A DNA stretch of 64,000 bases from Nibricoccus sp. (lineage in GTDB: Bacteria; Verrucomicrobiota; Verrucomicrobiia; Opitutales; Opitutaceae). Within the stretch, counting starts at the first letter, position 1. Each line of letters opens with the position of its first letter. Position numbers and translations under genes: made by a program. Location of the stretch: the NCBI GenBank assembly GCA_049840895.1, contig JASGJB010000075.1, positions 44,816 to 108,815 of the forward strand. The letters run 5' to 3'. The notes under the pieces are model-generated. The model searched no databases, was not told where the DNA came from, and saw nothing but the letters and a program-made list of their open reading frames with translations. Shown here in pieces: positions 50,260-59,709 of the stretch.

Positions 50260-52113
50260 TCAGCGTAGGATGTTCGCGCTGCCCGATCCGCTTACGAGGC
50301 TCATGCGGGCCTCGGCGCCACTGCCGGCGGCGTTGATGACGGTGGCCTCGATCTTGCCGGTTACGTAGACATCCTGCACGCCGTTGCGGCCGATCTCGAC
50401 GCCGACACCGGCTTCGGCGCCGACGCTCACCGGGCCGGCCTTCACGTCTTTGCCGGCGGAGATCTCGACGTTGCAGCTCACGAAGCTGTCGTAGAAATCC
50501 GTACCCTGCGCCATGTCCTGATTCAGGCCCAGCTGCACCGGACCGGCGCCGAGTGTGGAAACCATACGGTCGCAATCGGTGATGATGGAACCGATGCCGA
50601 GATTGAGCTCCGAGTGGTACTGGCAGTGGACGTCGTTGAAGTTGGCGAGCTTTCCACCGCGCGGCGCCTGCTTCTCCTTGAGGCACGATTCAGCGACCTC
50701 GATGCCGAGGTAGCCATCGGTGCGGATGCCCGACGGCATGAAGGCGGCGAGCCATTCCATCTGCGCCTTGATGACGGTCGCCTCGAATTCCTGCGGCGAC
50801 TCGAGAAATTGTTTCCAATAAATCTCCTCGCTGAGTTTCAACCGCAGCTGGTGCAGGTATTCGTTGTAGAGCGCCTCGCGTCCGTCGCTCCATTTGCCGA
50901 GGTACTTGTCCGCGAGTGAGACGAACTTGTCGCAGAAGCTCGCGTTGGCGAGACCTTCGCCGGTCTGGTTGGCGTCCTTGCGATCGAGTTTGTTGTATTC
51001 GGCGCGGTACTCTTTTTCGACCAGTTGCTGGTTCTTCGCGACGAAGGCTTCCAGCGCATCTTTGGCGCGCTGCAGGCGGAGTTTGGCGCCGCCGTCTTTG
51101 TTGAGCAGGTCGAGCATGAGTTTCGCCTTCTGGGCGAAGGGGCGGACGGGTTCGGGACCGGATGATTGAACCTGGACGGTGCCGACACCGATCGACTGAG
51201 TCTGGCCGCCGGATTTTGCCGGGGAGCCGGACGTCGTGTTTCCGCTGAGGAATTGCGCGTAGGCGGCTTGAGCCTGGGCTTGCGCGAGGGCAGGCGACTG
51301 CACTTGGAGCAACTTTTTTTGCAGCGATTCCAGCCGTGACTGCACCTCCTTGTAGAACGCGGCCCACTCGCGGCGCGTGCGGTTTTCTTCGATGGCGTTG
51401 GTGGGGAACGGCGGATGGATGAAACTGTGCAGGCCGAGCGGATCCGGGTCGGCCGGCCGGCTGTTCTTCATGTCTTCGAGCGTGAGTTTGTAGCCCAGCT
51501 TTCGCAGGCGGTTCAGTTTGTCGCGCGACACGCTCTGCTGCACGGCCTGCTTCGCGAGTGCGACGGCCTTGGCATTGTCGCTTTTGCCCTGAGCGATCTC
51601 GGATTGCGTGGCGGCGGCCTGTGCATGGGCGGGGGCGACGGCGAGCGCGCGGCCGAGGGCTTTCTCCGCCTTTTCCTCGTCATCAGCCTGGTAGTAGGCT
51701 TGGCCGAGATTGTTGAGCACGGTCGCGTTTTCAGGGAATTTTTTCGCAAGGCCCTCGAGTACCGGAATCGCCTGTTTCGCCTCGCCACTCATGGTGAGCA
51801 TGGCGGCGTAGTTGCACTGGTTGTCGGTGTTGGTGGGATCGGCGGCGACGGCCTTGCCCATGAGGTGCAGCGCAACCTGGAGACGACCGATCATCCAGAG
51901 GCTCACGGCGACGTTTCCGATGGCGGCGGGCGAGGATTTGGGCGAGAGGTCGCGGTAAATCTTTTCGGCGAAGTCGCGTGATTCGGGACTCAGTTGCGCG
52001 CTGAAGGAAGTGGTGGCCTTAGGTTCAAAAAGCGTTTGGGCGAAGACGAAAGGCGGAACGAGGTGGACGGCAGCAGCGAGGAGACAAACCGGGATGCGGG
52101 AGCGGAAGAGCAC
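50260..52113 (-). CDS. Exported TPR-containing protein with Gly/Val-rich beta C-terminus
   Basis: Signal peptide, TPR motifs (VLNNLGQAYYQ..KALGRALAVAP), Cys-containing C-terminal region. Confidence 0.75.
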   Translation of the reverse strand: MLFRSRIPVCLLAAAVHLVPPFVFAQTLFEPKATTSFSAQLSPESRDFAEKIYRDLSPKSSPAAIGNVAVSLWMIGRLQVALHLMGKAVAADPTNTDNQCNYAAMLTMSGEAKQAIPVLEGLAKKFPENATVLNNLGQAYYQADDEEKAEKALGRALAVAPAHAQAAATQSEIAQGKSDNAKAVALAKQAVQQSVSRDKLNRLRKLGYKLTLEDMKNSRPADPDPLGLHSFIHPPFPTNAIEENRTRREWAAFYKEVQSRLESLQKKLLQVQSPALAQAQAQAAYAQFLSGNTTSGSPAKSGGQTQSIGVGTVQVQSSGPEPVRPFAQKAKLMLDLLNKDGGAKLRLQRAKDALEAFVAKNQQLVEKEYRAEYNKLDRKDANQTGEGLANASFCDKFVSLADKYLGKWSDGREALYNEYLHQLRLKLSEEIYWKQFLESPQEFEATVIKAQMEWLAAFMPSGIRTDGYLGIEVAESCLKEKQAPRGGKLANFNDVHCQYHSELNLGIGSIITDCDRMVSTLGAGPVQLGLNQDMAQGTDFYDSFVSCNVEISAGKDVKAGPVSVGAEAGVGVEIGRNGVQDVYVTGKIEATVINAAGSGAEARMSLVSGSGSANILR

Positions 52114-52224
52114 GGTGAAGCGAGTTGGCGAATGAGTTGGCCGCCTCGTTTCCCGGACGCAAAGGCAAAGGGGTAAATGAAACCGCGCTGCGCGTTTTAC
52201 CGGATCAAGACTGCAGGGAGACGG

Positions 52225-52244
52225 AGCCGTGCTTTTTCACGGCT
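52225..52244. other. Short inverted repeat downstream of the LytTR gene
   Basis: AGCCGTG-CTTTTT-CACGGCT. Confidence 0.35.
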
Positions 52245-52268
52245 TAGGTCGACGCCATCGATCTTTTC

Positions 52269-53075
52269 CTATGCCGGCTTGAAAAGGCGTTTCAGCGACT
52301 CCGTATAGGTCCGTCCGGCGGTGAGCTGCCGGCCGTTCGCGAGTGTGAGCACGTATTCGCCGTGTGGCAGTCGTTGCAGCGAGCGGACGCGCGCGAGGTT
52401 CACCGCCTTCGCCCGGTGGATGCGCGTGAAGTGATTGGGATCGAGCTGCTCCAGAAGCGCGGTCAGCGATTGAGAGAGAAAATGCGAGCGGGCCCCGGCG
52501 TGTACGTTCACGTAATCGCCGTCGGCCTCCATCCAGTCGATCTCGGCCGCGGGCAGCAGCTCGGCGCGATTTCCGAGACGCACCAGCAGACGGTCGAGTC
52601 GTGGCGGCGGCTTCGGTGGTTGCGCGGCGAGCAATGCCTTGAGCGCGGGGAGTTGCCGGGCGGCCTCGCGTTCGCGGAGTCGCTCGCGGACCCTGGCCAG
52701 TGCGGATTGGAACCGCGCGGCGGTCACGGGCTTCAGGAGATAGTCGATCGCGGCCGCGTCGAAGGCATCGGTCGCATAGGTGTCGAACGCCGTGACGAAA
52801 ACGATCATCGGCCACGGTTCGCACTTCAGAGCCCGCAGGATGCCAAAGCCGTCGAGCCCGGGCATCTGCACATCGAGAAACACGAGGTCGGGTCGTTCGT
52901 TTTCGATGGCGGCCACCGCTTCGTCGCCCGCAGCACACTCGGCAATCACGGTGATATCGGGTTCGTTTGCGAGGAGATGACGAAGTCCCCGCCGGGCCGG
53001 AGCTTCGTCGTCGACAATGACCGCGCGCAGCGGCGACTGATGATCAGACGGAGGACGTGCCGCTGTGCCGGACAT
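52269..53075 (-). CDS. LytTR-family response regulator
   Basis: IVDDEAPAR, FLDVQMPGLDG, FVTAFD, DYLLKP, EADGDYV, FTRIHR. Confidence 0.93.
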   Translation of the reverse strand: MSGTAARPPSDHQSPLRAVIVDDEAPARRGLRHLLANEPDITVIAECAAGDEAVAAIENERPDLVFLDVQMPGLDGFGILRALKCEPWPMIVFVTAFDTYATDAFDAAAIDYLLKPVTAARFQSALARVRERLREREAARQLPALKALLAAQPPKPPPRLDRLLVRLGNRAELLPAAEIDWMEADGDYVNVHAGARSHFLSQSLTALLEQLDPNHFTRIHRAKAVNLARVRSLQRLPHGEYVLTLANGRQLTAGRTYTESLKRLFKPA

Positions 53076-54234
53076 AGGGAAATGTGAGACGCACCAGCGC
53101 ACCACCGCCGGGCGCGGAAGAAAACTCCACGCGTTGTGCACCGCCGTGACGTTTTTCCAGACGCTGGCGGGTGTTGGTGATGCCGATACCGGAAGAAGGT
53201 GGTGTCGCGCCCGATGGCTGCGGCCAGCCCGGTCCGTCGTCGGTCACGGAAAGAGCAATGCTGTCGCCAGTCTTTTCGGCGGAGATGGTCACGGTGCCTC
53301 CCTGCCGGCGGACGACGATTCCGTGTTTGATGGCGTTTTCCACCAACGGCTGCAGGAGCATGCGGGGAACGGCGGCGTCGAGTGTTTCGGGGGCGATGTA
53401 CTTCTTCACCACGAGACGATCGTCGAAGCGTGCGCTTTCAATGGAGAGGTAGTGATCGAGCAGGGTGAGTTCGTCGGCCAGCGATGTTTCCTCGGTGGCC
53501 GCGCCGGCGAGCACCGCGCGAAGGAACAGACTGATGCGCTCGAGCAGCCGGTCGGCGGCGGCGTGGTCCTCGCGCATGAGAACGCCGAGAGTGTTGAGTG
53601 CGTTGAACAGGAAGTGTGGATTGAGCTGCAGACGCAGCAGGGCGAGCTCCGCGGACTTCAATTGTGCATCGAGTCGAAGCGCGGCGAGTTCACGTTCGCG
53701 CGCTTGCTGGCGAAAGGCGTGGGCGTGCGCCGCCAGAAGCACGATCCAGTAGGTGACCAGTCCGTCGGTGAAATCGGCGAACAGCATCTTTTTCACGTGC
53801 GCCAACAACGACGCGTGCGGCCAGAACACGCAGATGGTGATCGAATGCAGGGCCACACCGGCAACCGCCACACCGACGCTCGCGGCCACGTGGAGCATCA
53901 TCCGCTGCGCGAGTCGTTCCCGTCGGATCAAGAAATGCGTCGCGAGCCAGAATATGGGAGGCGACAGCACCGCCCAGACTGCGTAGCGGGGCAGCCATTG
54001 CCTGAACAGCCGCCACCAACCCCAGGCGTCGGTCGATTCAGTGAGCCCGCGTTGCAACGCACTGAAATGCCCCTGCGTGACCGCCAGTACTGCAAGTGTC
54101 GTCCACAGCGCCGCGCTGATCAGCCACCAGCGCGCGAAAGTCGCGGCCGCGCCGGGTGGACGCAGGGGTGTTGTTTCGATGGGAGTGACGGCTGACACGC
54201 CGGTCACGTTAGCGGCGGTCCGGAGGAGGGCCAT
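53044..54234 (-). CDS. LytS/YehU-family sensor histidine kinase (true start may be GTG 54198)
   Basis: Four TM helices, QLNPHFLFNALN, LADEL, RFDDRL, LQPLVENAIKHG, DDGPG, GIGITN. Confidence 0.93.
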   Translation of the reverse strand: MALLRTAANVTGVSAVTPIETTPLRPPGAAATFARWWLISAALWTTLAVLAVTQGHFSALQRGLTESTDAWGWWRLFRQWLPRYAVWAVLSPPIFWLATHFLIRRERLAQRMMLHVAASVGVAVAGVALHSITICVFWPHASLLAHVKKMLFADFTDGLVTYWIVLLAAHAHAFRQQARERELAALRLDAQLKSAELALLRLQLNPHFLFNALNTLGVLMREDHAAADRLLERISLFLRAVLAGAATEETSLADELTLLDHYLSIESARFDDRLVVKKYIAPETLDAAVPRMLLQPLVENAIKHGIVVRRQGGTVTISAEKTGDSIALSVTDDGPGWPQPSGATPPSSGIGITNTRQRLEKRHGGAQRVEFSSAPGGGALVRLTFPYVRHSGTSSV

Positions 54235-54261
54235 CTTTCAGTGCCCGGATCATGTCAGAAG

Positions 54262-54815
54262 TCAGTGTTTGGTGGCGCTGGTTTTGTTCAGGCTGCCGTA
54301 GTGCAGCTCCACGCAACGCGCGCTGCCGTCGGCGTTGCGGACTACGACGAACATGCGGTCGTATTGTTCTTCCGTGATCGCCGCGGGTTTCGCGGCACCG
54401 AGTTTTTCAATCACTGTAGGGATGGTTCCGCTGTGATTGACCACGAGGGCAACACTGCCGGCCGGAAGCTGGTTCAACTCCGTCACGAGTGCGTCCGGTT
54501 TCGCGACGGGAACAACCACCGGCGTGAGACCGAGTTTGGCGGCGAGCGGGCCGGCGGTTTCTTTCGCGCGGATCATCTCGGTGCTGAACACATGCGACGC
54601 GCCGGCCTGGCCAAGCATCGTGGCAAGCGTTTCAGCGCGTGCGTGACCCTCCGCACTAAGCGGGAGATCGCCGTTGGGCGCGGATTTTCGGCGTGGCGGA
54701 CGATGAACAGGACAACCGGATCGGCTGCCGCGCCTAAGAGCGCCGGCAGAGCGGTAAAAAACAGGGAGGCAAAACCCAGGAGAAGAAGTCGAAACGACGA
54801 GCGGAAAAAGTTCAT
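54262..54815 (-). CDS. Exported histidine phosphatase (SixA / phosphoglycerate-mutase family), -1 indel in the A-run near 54686
   Basis: Signal peptide then IVRHAE[K]SAPNGDLPLSAEGHARA...STEMIRAKETA...VVNHSGTIP. Confidence 0.8.
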
Positions 54816-54860
54816 GCCGCCCACCGTGTGATACGCCTCCTCATGCGCACGCTTTGGTCG

Positions 54861-54894
54861 GTGAACGGGAGAACGCGTCCTGTGAACAGGAGAA
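54861..54894 (-). promoter_or_regulatory. LytTR-type direct-repeat binding site
   Basis: Minus strand TTCTCCTGTTCAC and TTCTCCCGTTCAC, 12/13 identical, 21-bp period, 45 nt upstream of the phosphatase ATG. Confidence 0.65.
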
Positions 54895-55062
54895 AAATCG
54901 ATTCGCTGCCGCTTGTACGAACGAGTGCGCCGGCGTTCGCGACCGCTTGGAGCGGTGCGGTGCATTTTGAATTTTTGAAACAGAGAGCCTGGCGAACCTT
55001 GCGATTGAACTGCGACGAGAGCGCTTGTTTGGTCGGGCATTCCCCACGTTCACACCCCCGCG

Positions 55063-56676
55063 ATGAAACGACCACGGATCCGATTTACCCCGGCGCTTTG
55101 CTCTGCGCTCTTTGCTCTTATGTCCTGCACCACGATTTTGTCACACGCGGATTCAGTAAATCCGCCGCGCTGGCAGCGCGGCATCGAAGGCCAGCGCAAG
55201 GCCGATCTCGGCAATGGCACATATCTCAATCCGATCCTCGCGGGCGACCGGCCCGACCCGACGATTCTGAAAGATGGCGACGATTACTACATGACGTTTT
55301 CGTCGTTCAATTCCTACCCGGGAATCGTGATCTGGCACTCGAAGGATCTCGTCAACTGGCGGCCCGTCGGTCCGGCGCTGCACAAAAATATCGGGACGGT
55401 CTGGGCCCTCGATCTCTGCAAATTTCGAGGACGTTACTATATCTATATCCCGGCTATTCCTCCCGGGAAACCATGGTCGACTTTTGTGATCTGGGCCGAC
55501 CGGATCGAAGGTCCGTGGAGTGAACCGGTCGACCTCGGGATTGAAGGCTGCATCGATCCCGGACACGCAGTAGGCGAAGACGGCCGGCGGTATCTTTTCG
55601 TGAATGGCATCCGCAAAATCCGGCTGACCGACGACGGCCTGGCCACCGATGGAAAACTCGAGCAGGCCTATGCTCCCTGGCGTTATCCGGAGGAGTGGGT
55701 AACGGAGAATTTCGCACCTGAGGGGCCGAAACTTTTTCGCCGCGGCGAATGGTTCTACCTCGTCACGGCGGTGGGCGGTACGGCGGGGCCGGTCACCGGG
55801 CATATGGTCATCGCTGCGCGGTCGCGATCGATCAATGGCCCGTGGGAACACTGTCCAAACAATCCGCTCGTGCGTACGCAGTCAGACAGGGAACCGTGGT
55901 GGTCGCGCGGACATGCGACGGTGCTCGAAGGCCCGGGCGGCGATTGGTGGATGGTCTATCACGGTTATGAAAACGGGTTCCGCACGCTCGGGCGACAGAC
56001 GCTGCTGGAGCCGATTGAGTGGACGGAGGACGGCTGGTTTCGCGCGAAGGGCGGCGATCTAGGGAAGCCGATTGCGATGCCGAATGGCGGAGTGGCTGTG
56101 CCGCACGGGCTCGCGCTATCCGATGATTTCTCAACCAACAAATTCGGGACGCAGTGGGCGTTTCATGATCCCAGTGCGGACGAGATGAAGCGCGTCCGCT
56201 ACGGCAAGGACTCGATGGAACTGATGGGCGAGGGGGACTCTCCGGCGAACAGTTCACCGCTGACGTGCATCGTTCCGGATCGCGCTTATAAGGTGGAGGT
56301 CGCGCTGGAGATGATCGGCGAGGCTGAAGGCGCGCTTCTGCTCTACTACAATCCGAAGGCTTTCGTCGGCGTGGGCTTCACCGGCGAGAAGGCGAAGACC
56401 TATCAGTACGCGACGACAGAAGACTGGGCGAGTGTGCCGCTGAAGGGACGCAAAGTCCGCGCGCGCATTACGAACGACCGGAATGTCATCACCTATCAGT
56501 ACTCACTCGACGACGGAGCCACTTGGAAGGTGCATCCCACGCGCATGGAAGTTGCCGGGCTGAATCACAATGTATTCGGCGGTTTCCTCAGTCTGCGCGT
56601 GGGGATTTGTTCGCTGGGCAGTGGCAGCATCCGCTTGAGCCAGTTTTCTTATCGAGCAATCGAAGAGAGTCCGTAG
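55063..56676 (+). CDS. GH43 beta-xylosidase / arabinofuranosidase with C-terminal beta-sandwich
   Basis: NPILAGDRPDPTI, WALD, IDPG, PEGP, SRGHAT, LGRQTLLEPIEW; signal peptide. Confidence 0.92.
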   Translation: MKRPRIRFTPALCSALFALMSCTTILSHADSVNPPRWQRGIEGQRKADLGNGTYLNPILAGDRPDPTILKDGDDYYMTFSSFNSYPGIVIWHSKDLVNWRPVGPALHKNIGTVWALDLCKFRGRYYIYIPAIPPGKPWSTFVIWADRIEGPWSEPVDLGIEGCIDPGHAVGEDGRRYLFVNGIRKIRLTDDGLATDGKLEQAYAPWRYPEEWVTENFAPEGPKLFRRGEWFYLVTAVGGTAGPVTGHMVIAARSRSINGPWEHCPNNPLVRTQSDREPWWSRGHATVLEGPGGDWWMVYHGYENGFRTLGRQTLLEPIEWTEDGWFRAKGGDLGKPIAMPNGGVAVPHGLALSDDFSTNKFGTQWAFHDPSADEMKRVRYGKDSMELMGEGDSPANSSPLTCIVPDRAYKVEVALEMIGEAEGALLLYYNPKAFVGVGFTGEKAKTYQYATTEDWASVPLKGRKVRARITNDRNVITYQYSLDDGATWKVHPTRMEVAGLNHNVFGGFLSLRVGICSLGSGSIRLSQFSYRAIEESP

Positions 56677-56692
56677 GCGGAATCTGTCGGGC

Positions 56693-58636
56693 TCACTCTG
56701 CGGTATGAAAATAGACGCAGTAGTTTTCGTCGGCGATTTCGTAGAGAGGTTTTAAAGTGAAACTGCCCTGGCGGGTTTGAAGGGAGAAGTGGCTAGACTG
56801 CCAGTCGCGACCGTCGACGTATTGGTGTTCGTAGCGCGGCGTGAGTGCGGTGCTCGCGGCGTTTGTGGCGAGCGCGGGTTCGACAGTGCCGAGCGCGGCG
56901 AGGACGACGGGGCCGTCGAGGAGTGCGAAGCGTTGCGGGTCGCCGGGCAGCGGTTCTCGGGTGGTGCGCTTCGGGAAAGATACGGAGACGGTGGTTTCGT
57001 TGCTCCAGGTGCGGTCGATTTCGAGGAAGCCGTTTTTCGTGCGGCGGACTTCGATGGGAGCGCCGTCGATGAGGACGGTGCCTGTTTCAGTCGCCCATGC
57101 GGGTTGACGGATGCGCAGCGTCCATCGGCCGGGTTTGTCTGTAGAGAGGGTGAGTGCGATGGTGACGTGAGTCGTGTCGCCGGACGTGGAGAAGTTGGCG
57201 GTGGCAGCGCGGTCGTCGTTTCGCTGTGTGATGCGGACTTGGTTTCCTTCCGGGCCGAAGGCGAAACGCGAGGGGATGAACTGCGTGATGGCGACGCCGT
57301 CGGGCGAGCGCTGGTAGATCAGCTCTTCGTACATGGCCTGCGCCTGGACGAGCGTGCCGTGGCAACACCAGAAATCGTGCGTCTCGGAGCCCCAGATTTT
57401 TTTCGCGCCGGGCTGCAGTGGCAGGAAGTACGCGATCATGCCGGTGTGCGGGTTTTGCTGGGCGAGGACGCCGTTGTAGAGCGCGCGTTCGATGTAGTCG
57501 GCGTAGCGGGCGTCGCCGGTCCAGCTGAGGAGAAACTGCGCGACACGGATCATGTTGTAGACGGTGCAGTGTTCTTGCGTGCGGCTGCCGAGGAAGCGGC
57601 CGAACTGTTGCGACGGGATCCAGAATTCGCCGGCGTTGTTGCCGGTCGTGGCGAACATGCCGCGGTTTTCCACGGCTTGATTCCAGAATTTTTCCACGAT
57701 CTCACGGTAGCGTGTGTCGCCGGTCACTTCGTACAGACGCGCGGCGCCCTGAATCCACGGAACGCTCGCATTGGCGTGGTCGTTGGAGAGTGGGTCGTTT
57801 CCGGCGAGCAGTTCGCGGAAGAGGTCGGGCATCGCGTAGCGCGCGGCGAGGTGCAGGTAGCGCTCGTCCTTCGTGACGGCGTAAAGGTCGGCCCAGAGTT
57901 CGAGCATGCCGGCGCATTCGCCGCCGTAGACTGCAGCGCCGTGGCCGTCGCGGATGTTGGTTTCGGTCCAGGTGTAGAACCAATCGGCGGAGTGCTTGAG
58001 AACAGCGAGCGCCTCGGGATCGCGGGTGAAACGGTACGCGTCGTAAAGGCCCATCATCGTCTTGTGCATCGTGTACTGCGGCGACCAGATCGGTTTCTTG
58101 TCGGCGAGGATGCTGAAATATTTTTCGGGAATCGGGCCGACCCACTGGCCGTGGTTGAGGTCCTGGCAGCGTTTCAATTCCTGCACGGCGGCTTGCGAGC
58201 GTGCGACGAGCATCGGGTCGTGATCGAGCGCGGCGAAATGTGCCATCGCCGAGAGCCAGTGTCCGGCGAAATGTCCGCGCAACTGGCAGTGTGGCGACTC
58301 CCAGCCCTGGTGCATTTGCTCGTACGGGCGGTCGATGCGCACGCCCGCTTCGAGGAGGTGATTCTGAAGAACGTTCTCGGTTTTCAGGCGGAGCACGTAC
58401 GCCTTCGTGAGTTCGCGACGTTCGCGGAAGAGGCCGGGGAGCAGAGAAACTTCGCCGGTTTGTGGCGGTGTGAAGACGGCGGCCGGCAGCTGCGGATTCA
58501 GGTTGAGCGTTTGTTCGCCGGGGTATTCGCGCGCGCCGTGGCTTTGGATGGCCTGGGCCGGCATGACGGCGGCGGAGAGAATGAGCGAGGGCATGAGTCG
58601 GAGAAGGAAACGGAGCGTTGTTCGCGGGAGTGGCAT
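56693..58636 (-). CDS. GH127/GH146-type beta-L-arabinofuranosidase
   Basis: GWESP..LRGHFAGHWLSA, PQYTMHK, HANA, QEHCTVYNM, YIERALYN, FWCCHGT. Confidence 0.88.
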   Translation of the reverse strand: MPLPRTTLRFLLRLMPSLILSAAVMPAQAIQSHGAREYPGEQTLNLNPQLPAAVFTPPQTGEVSLLPGLFRERRELTKAYVLRLKTENVLQNHLLEAGVRIDRPYEQMHQGWESPHCQLRGHFAGHWLSAMAHFAALDHDPMLVARSQAAVQELKRCQDLNHGQWVGPIPEKYFSILADKKPIWSPQYTMHKTMMGLYDAYRFTRDPEALAVLKHSADWFYTWTETNIRDGHGAAVYGGECAGMLELWADLYAVTKDERYLHLAARYAMPDLFRELLAGNDPLSNDHANASVPWIQGAARLYEVTGDTRYREIVEKFWNQAVENRGMFATTGNNAGEFWIPSQQFGRFLGSRTQEHCTVYNMIRVAQFLLSWTGDARYADYIERALYNGVLAQQNPHTGMIAYFLPLQPGAKKIWGSETHDFWCCHGTLVQAQAMYEELIYQRSPDGVAITQFIPSRFAFGPEGNQVRITQRNDDRAATANFSTSGDTTHVTIALTLSTDKPGRWTLRIRQPAWATETGTVLIDGAPIEVRRTKNGFLEIDRTWSNETTVSVSFPKRTTREPLPGDPQRFALLDGPVVLAALGTVEPALATNAASTALTPRYEHQYVDGRDWQSSHFSLQTRQGSFTLKPLYEIADENYCVYFHTAE

Positions 58637-58700
58637 TGGGGAAAGCCCGTTGGCGGTTGCTTCCGCTGCGGGGCGCTCATTTAAGCAGACAGTTTTCCTC

Positions 58701-59552
58701 ATGCCAATGCGTCAGGCCCCCGAGTTTTTTCGCGAAACCCACATCGTCGGTCGGCGTTGCCGCGAGAGCATGCTCGATAGCGAGCACTTCCCGGTTCTGC
58801 GGAATGCGCCGTTCATCTGGGTGGGGCATAGCGTGCTGCGTCCGCCGTATCGCATGGTGCGGCTGCGCTCGGTGCACAGTCATATCGTCGCGTGCGTGGA
58901 GGGGCGCGGCCGCACGCTGATCGGCGGAAAATCAGCGGAGTGGAAACCTGGGCAAGTCTTGCTCGCGCCGGTTGGTCTGCATCACGCATTCGAGGTGGAT
59001 GGCCCGGGACCATGGACAATCGCGTGGGTTTTCTTTCACGACAGCGAAGCCGTGCCGGTGCTGCAGAACCGGCAGCCCGAATTGATCAACGCAGACGCAG
59101 GCGAGTTCGTATCCATTCTCCGGATGCTCACGCGAGAAGCGGCAGGTGCGGCGCAGCCTTCGGTGCTCGAGGCGCTTGTCACGCTGCTCGATGCGAGTTC
59201 ACGACGACTGGCCGGCGTGGAGTCAGTTGATCTGCGGTTGTCGCGTGCGTGGGGACAGGTGGAAGGCGATCTCGGGCAGGCCTGGTCGGTCGCGCAGATC
59301 GCGAAGCTGGCGGCGATGAGCGAGGAACACCTGCGGCGGCTGTGCCAGCAAAACTACCAGCGCAGTCCGATGGAGCATCTGACGCATCTGCGGCTGCGGC
59401 GCGCGAGCACGATGCTGCGGTCATCGCCGGTGCAGATCGAGGAGATCGCCGAGCGCACGGGGTACGGATCGGTGTATTCATTCTCGACGGCGTTTCGTCG
59501 ATGGAGCGGGGTGCCGCCGGCGCGGTTTCGGCGGGGCGATGCGGGTGAGTAA
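58701..59552 (+). CDS. AraC-family transcriptional regulator
   Basis: Cupin N-terminus; MSEEHLRRLC, LRLRRASTML, IAERTGYGSVYSFSTAFRRWSGVPPARFR. Confidence 0.92.
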   Translation: MPMRQAPEFFRETHIVGRRCRESMLDSEHFPVLRNAPFIWVGHSVLRPPYRMVRLRSVHSHIVACVEGRGRTLIGGKSAEWKPGQVLLAPVGLHHAFEVDGPGPWTIAWVFFHDSEAVPVLQNRQPELINADAGEFVSILRMLTREAAGAAQPSVLEALVTLLDASSRRLAGVESVDLRLSRAWGQVEGDLGQAWSVAQIAKLAAMSEEHLRRLCQQNYQRSPMEHLTHLRLRRASTMLRSSPVQIEEIAERTGYGSVYSFSTAFRRWSGVPPARFRRGDAGE

Positions 59553-59709
59553 CGGGTCCGTGTTGAGAGCTGGCTTTCTCCGCTGAGCCGAGGTCGAGGC
59601 GTCGTTGTTCAAACATTGGCATGAAACGCGGCTTTCTCTGTGGTCAGGATTGTTTAGCGACTTGAGAAAGCGCGATCTGCGCGCTGCCCCATTTCTTCGT
59701 CCGCTTCCC

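Noticed and set aside
52122-52141. GAGTTGGC direct repeat upstream of the TPR gene as a LytTR site
   Set aside because: The 12-bp period does not fit the 21-22-bp LytTR spacing.
44153-58684. Long antisense ORFs (44153..46057, 47936..49261, 56777..58684 and similar)
   Set aside because: Shadows of real genes in GC-rich DNA; no motifs and atypical composition.
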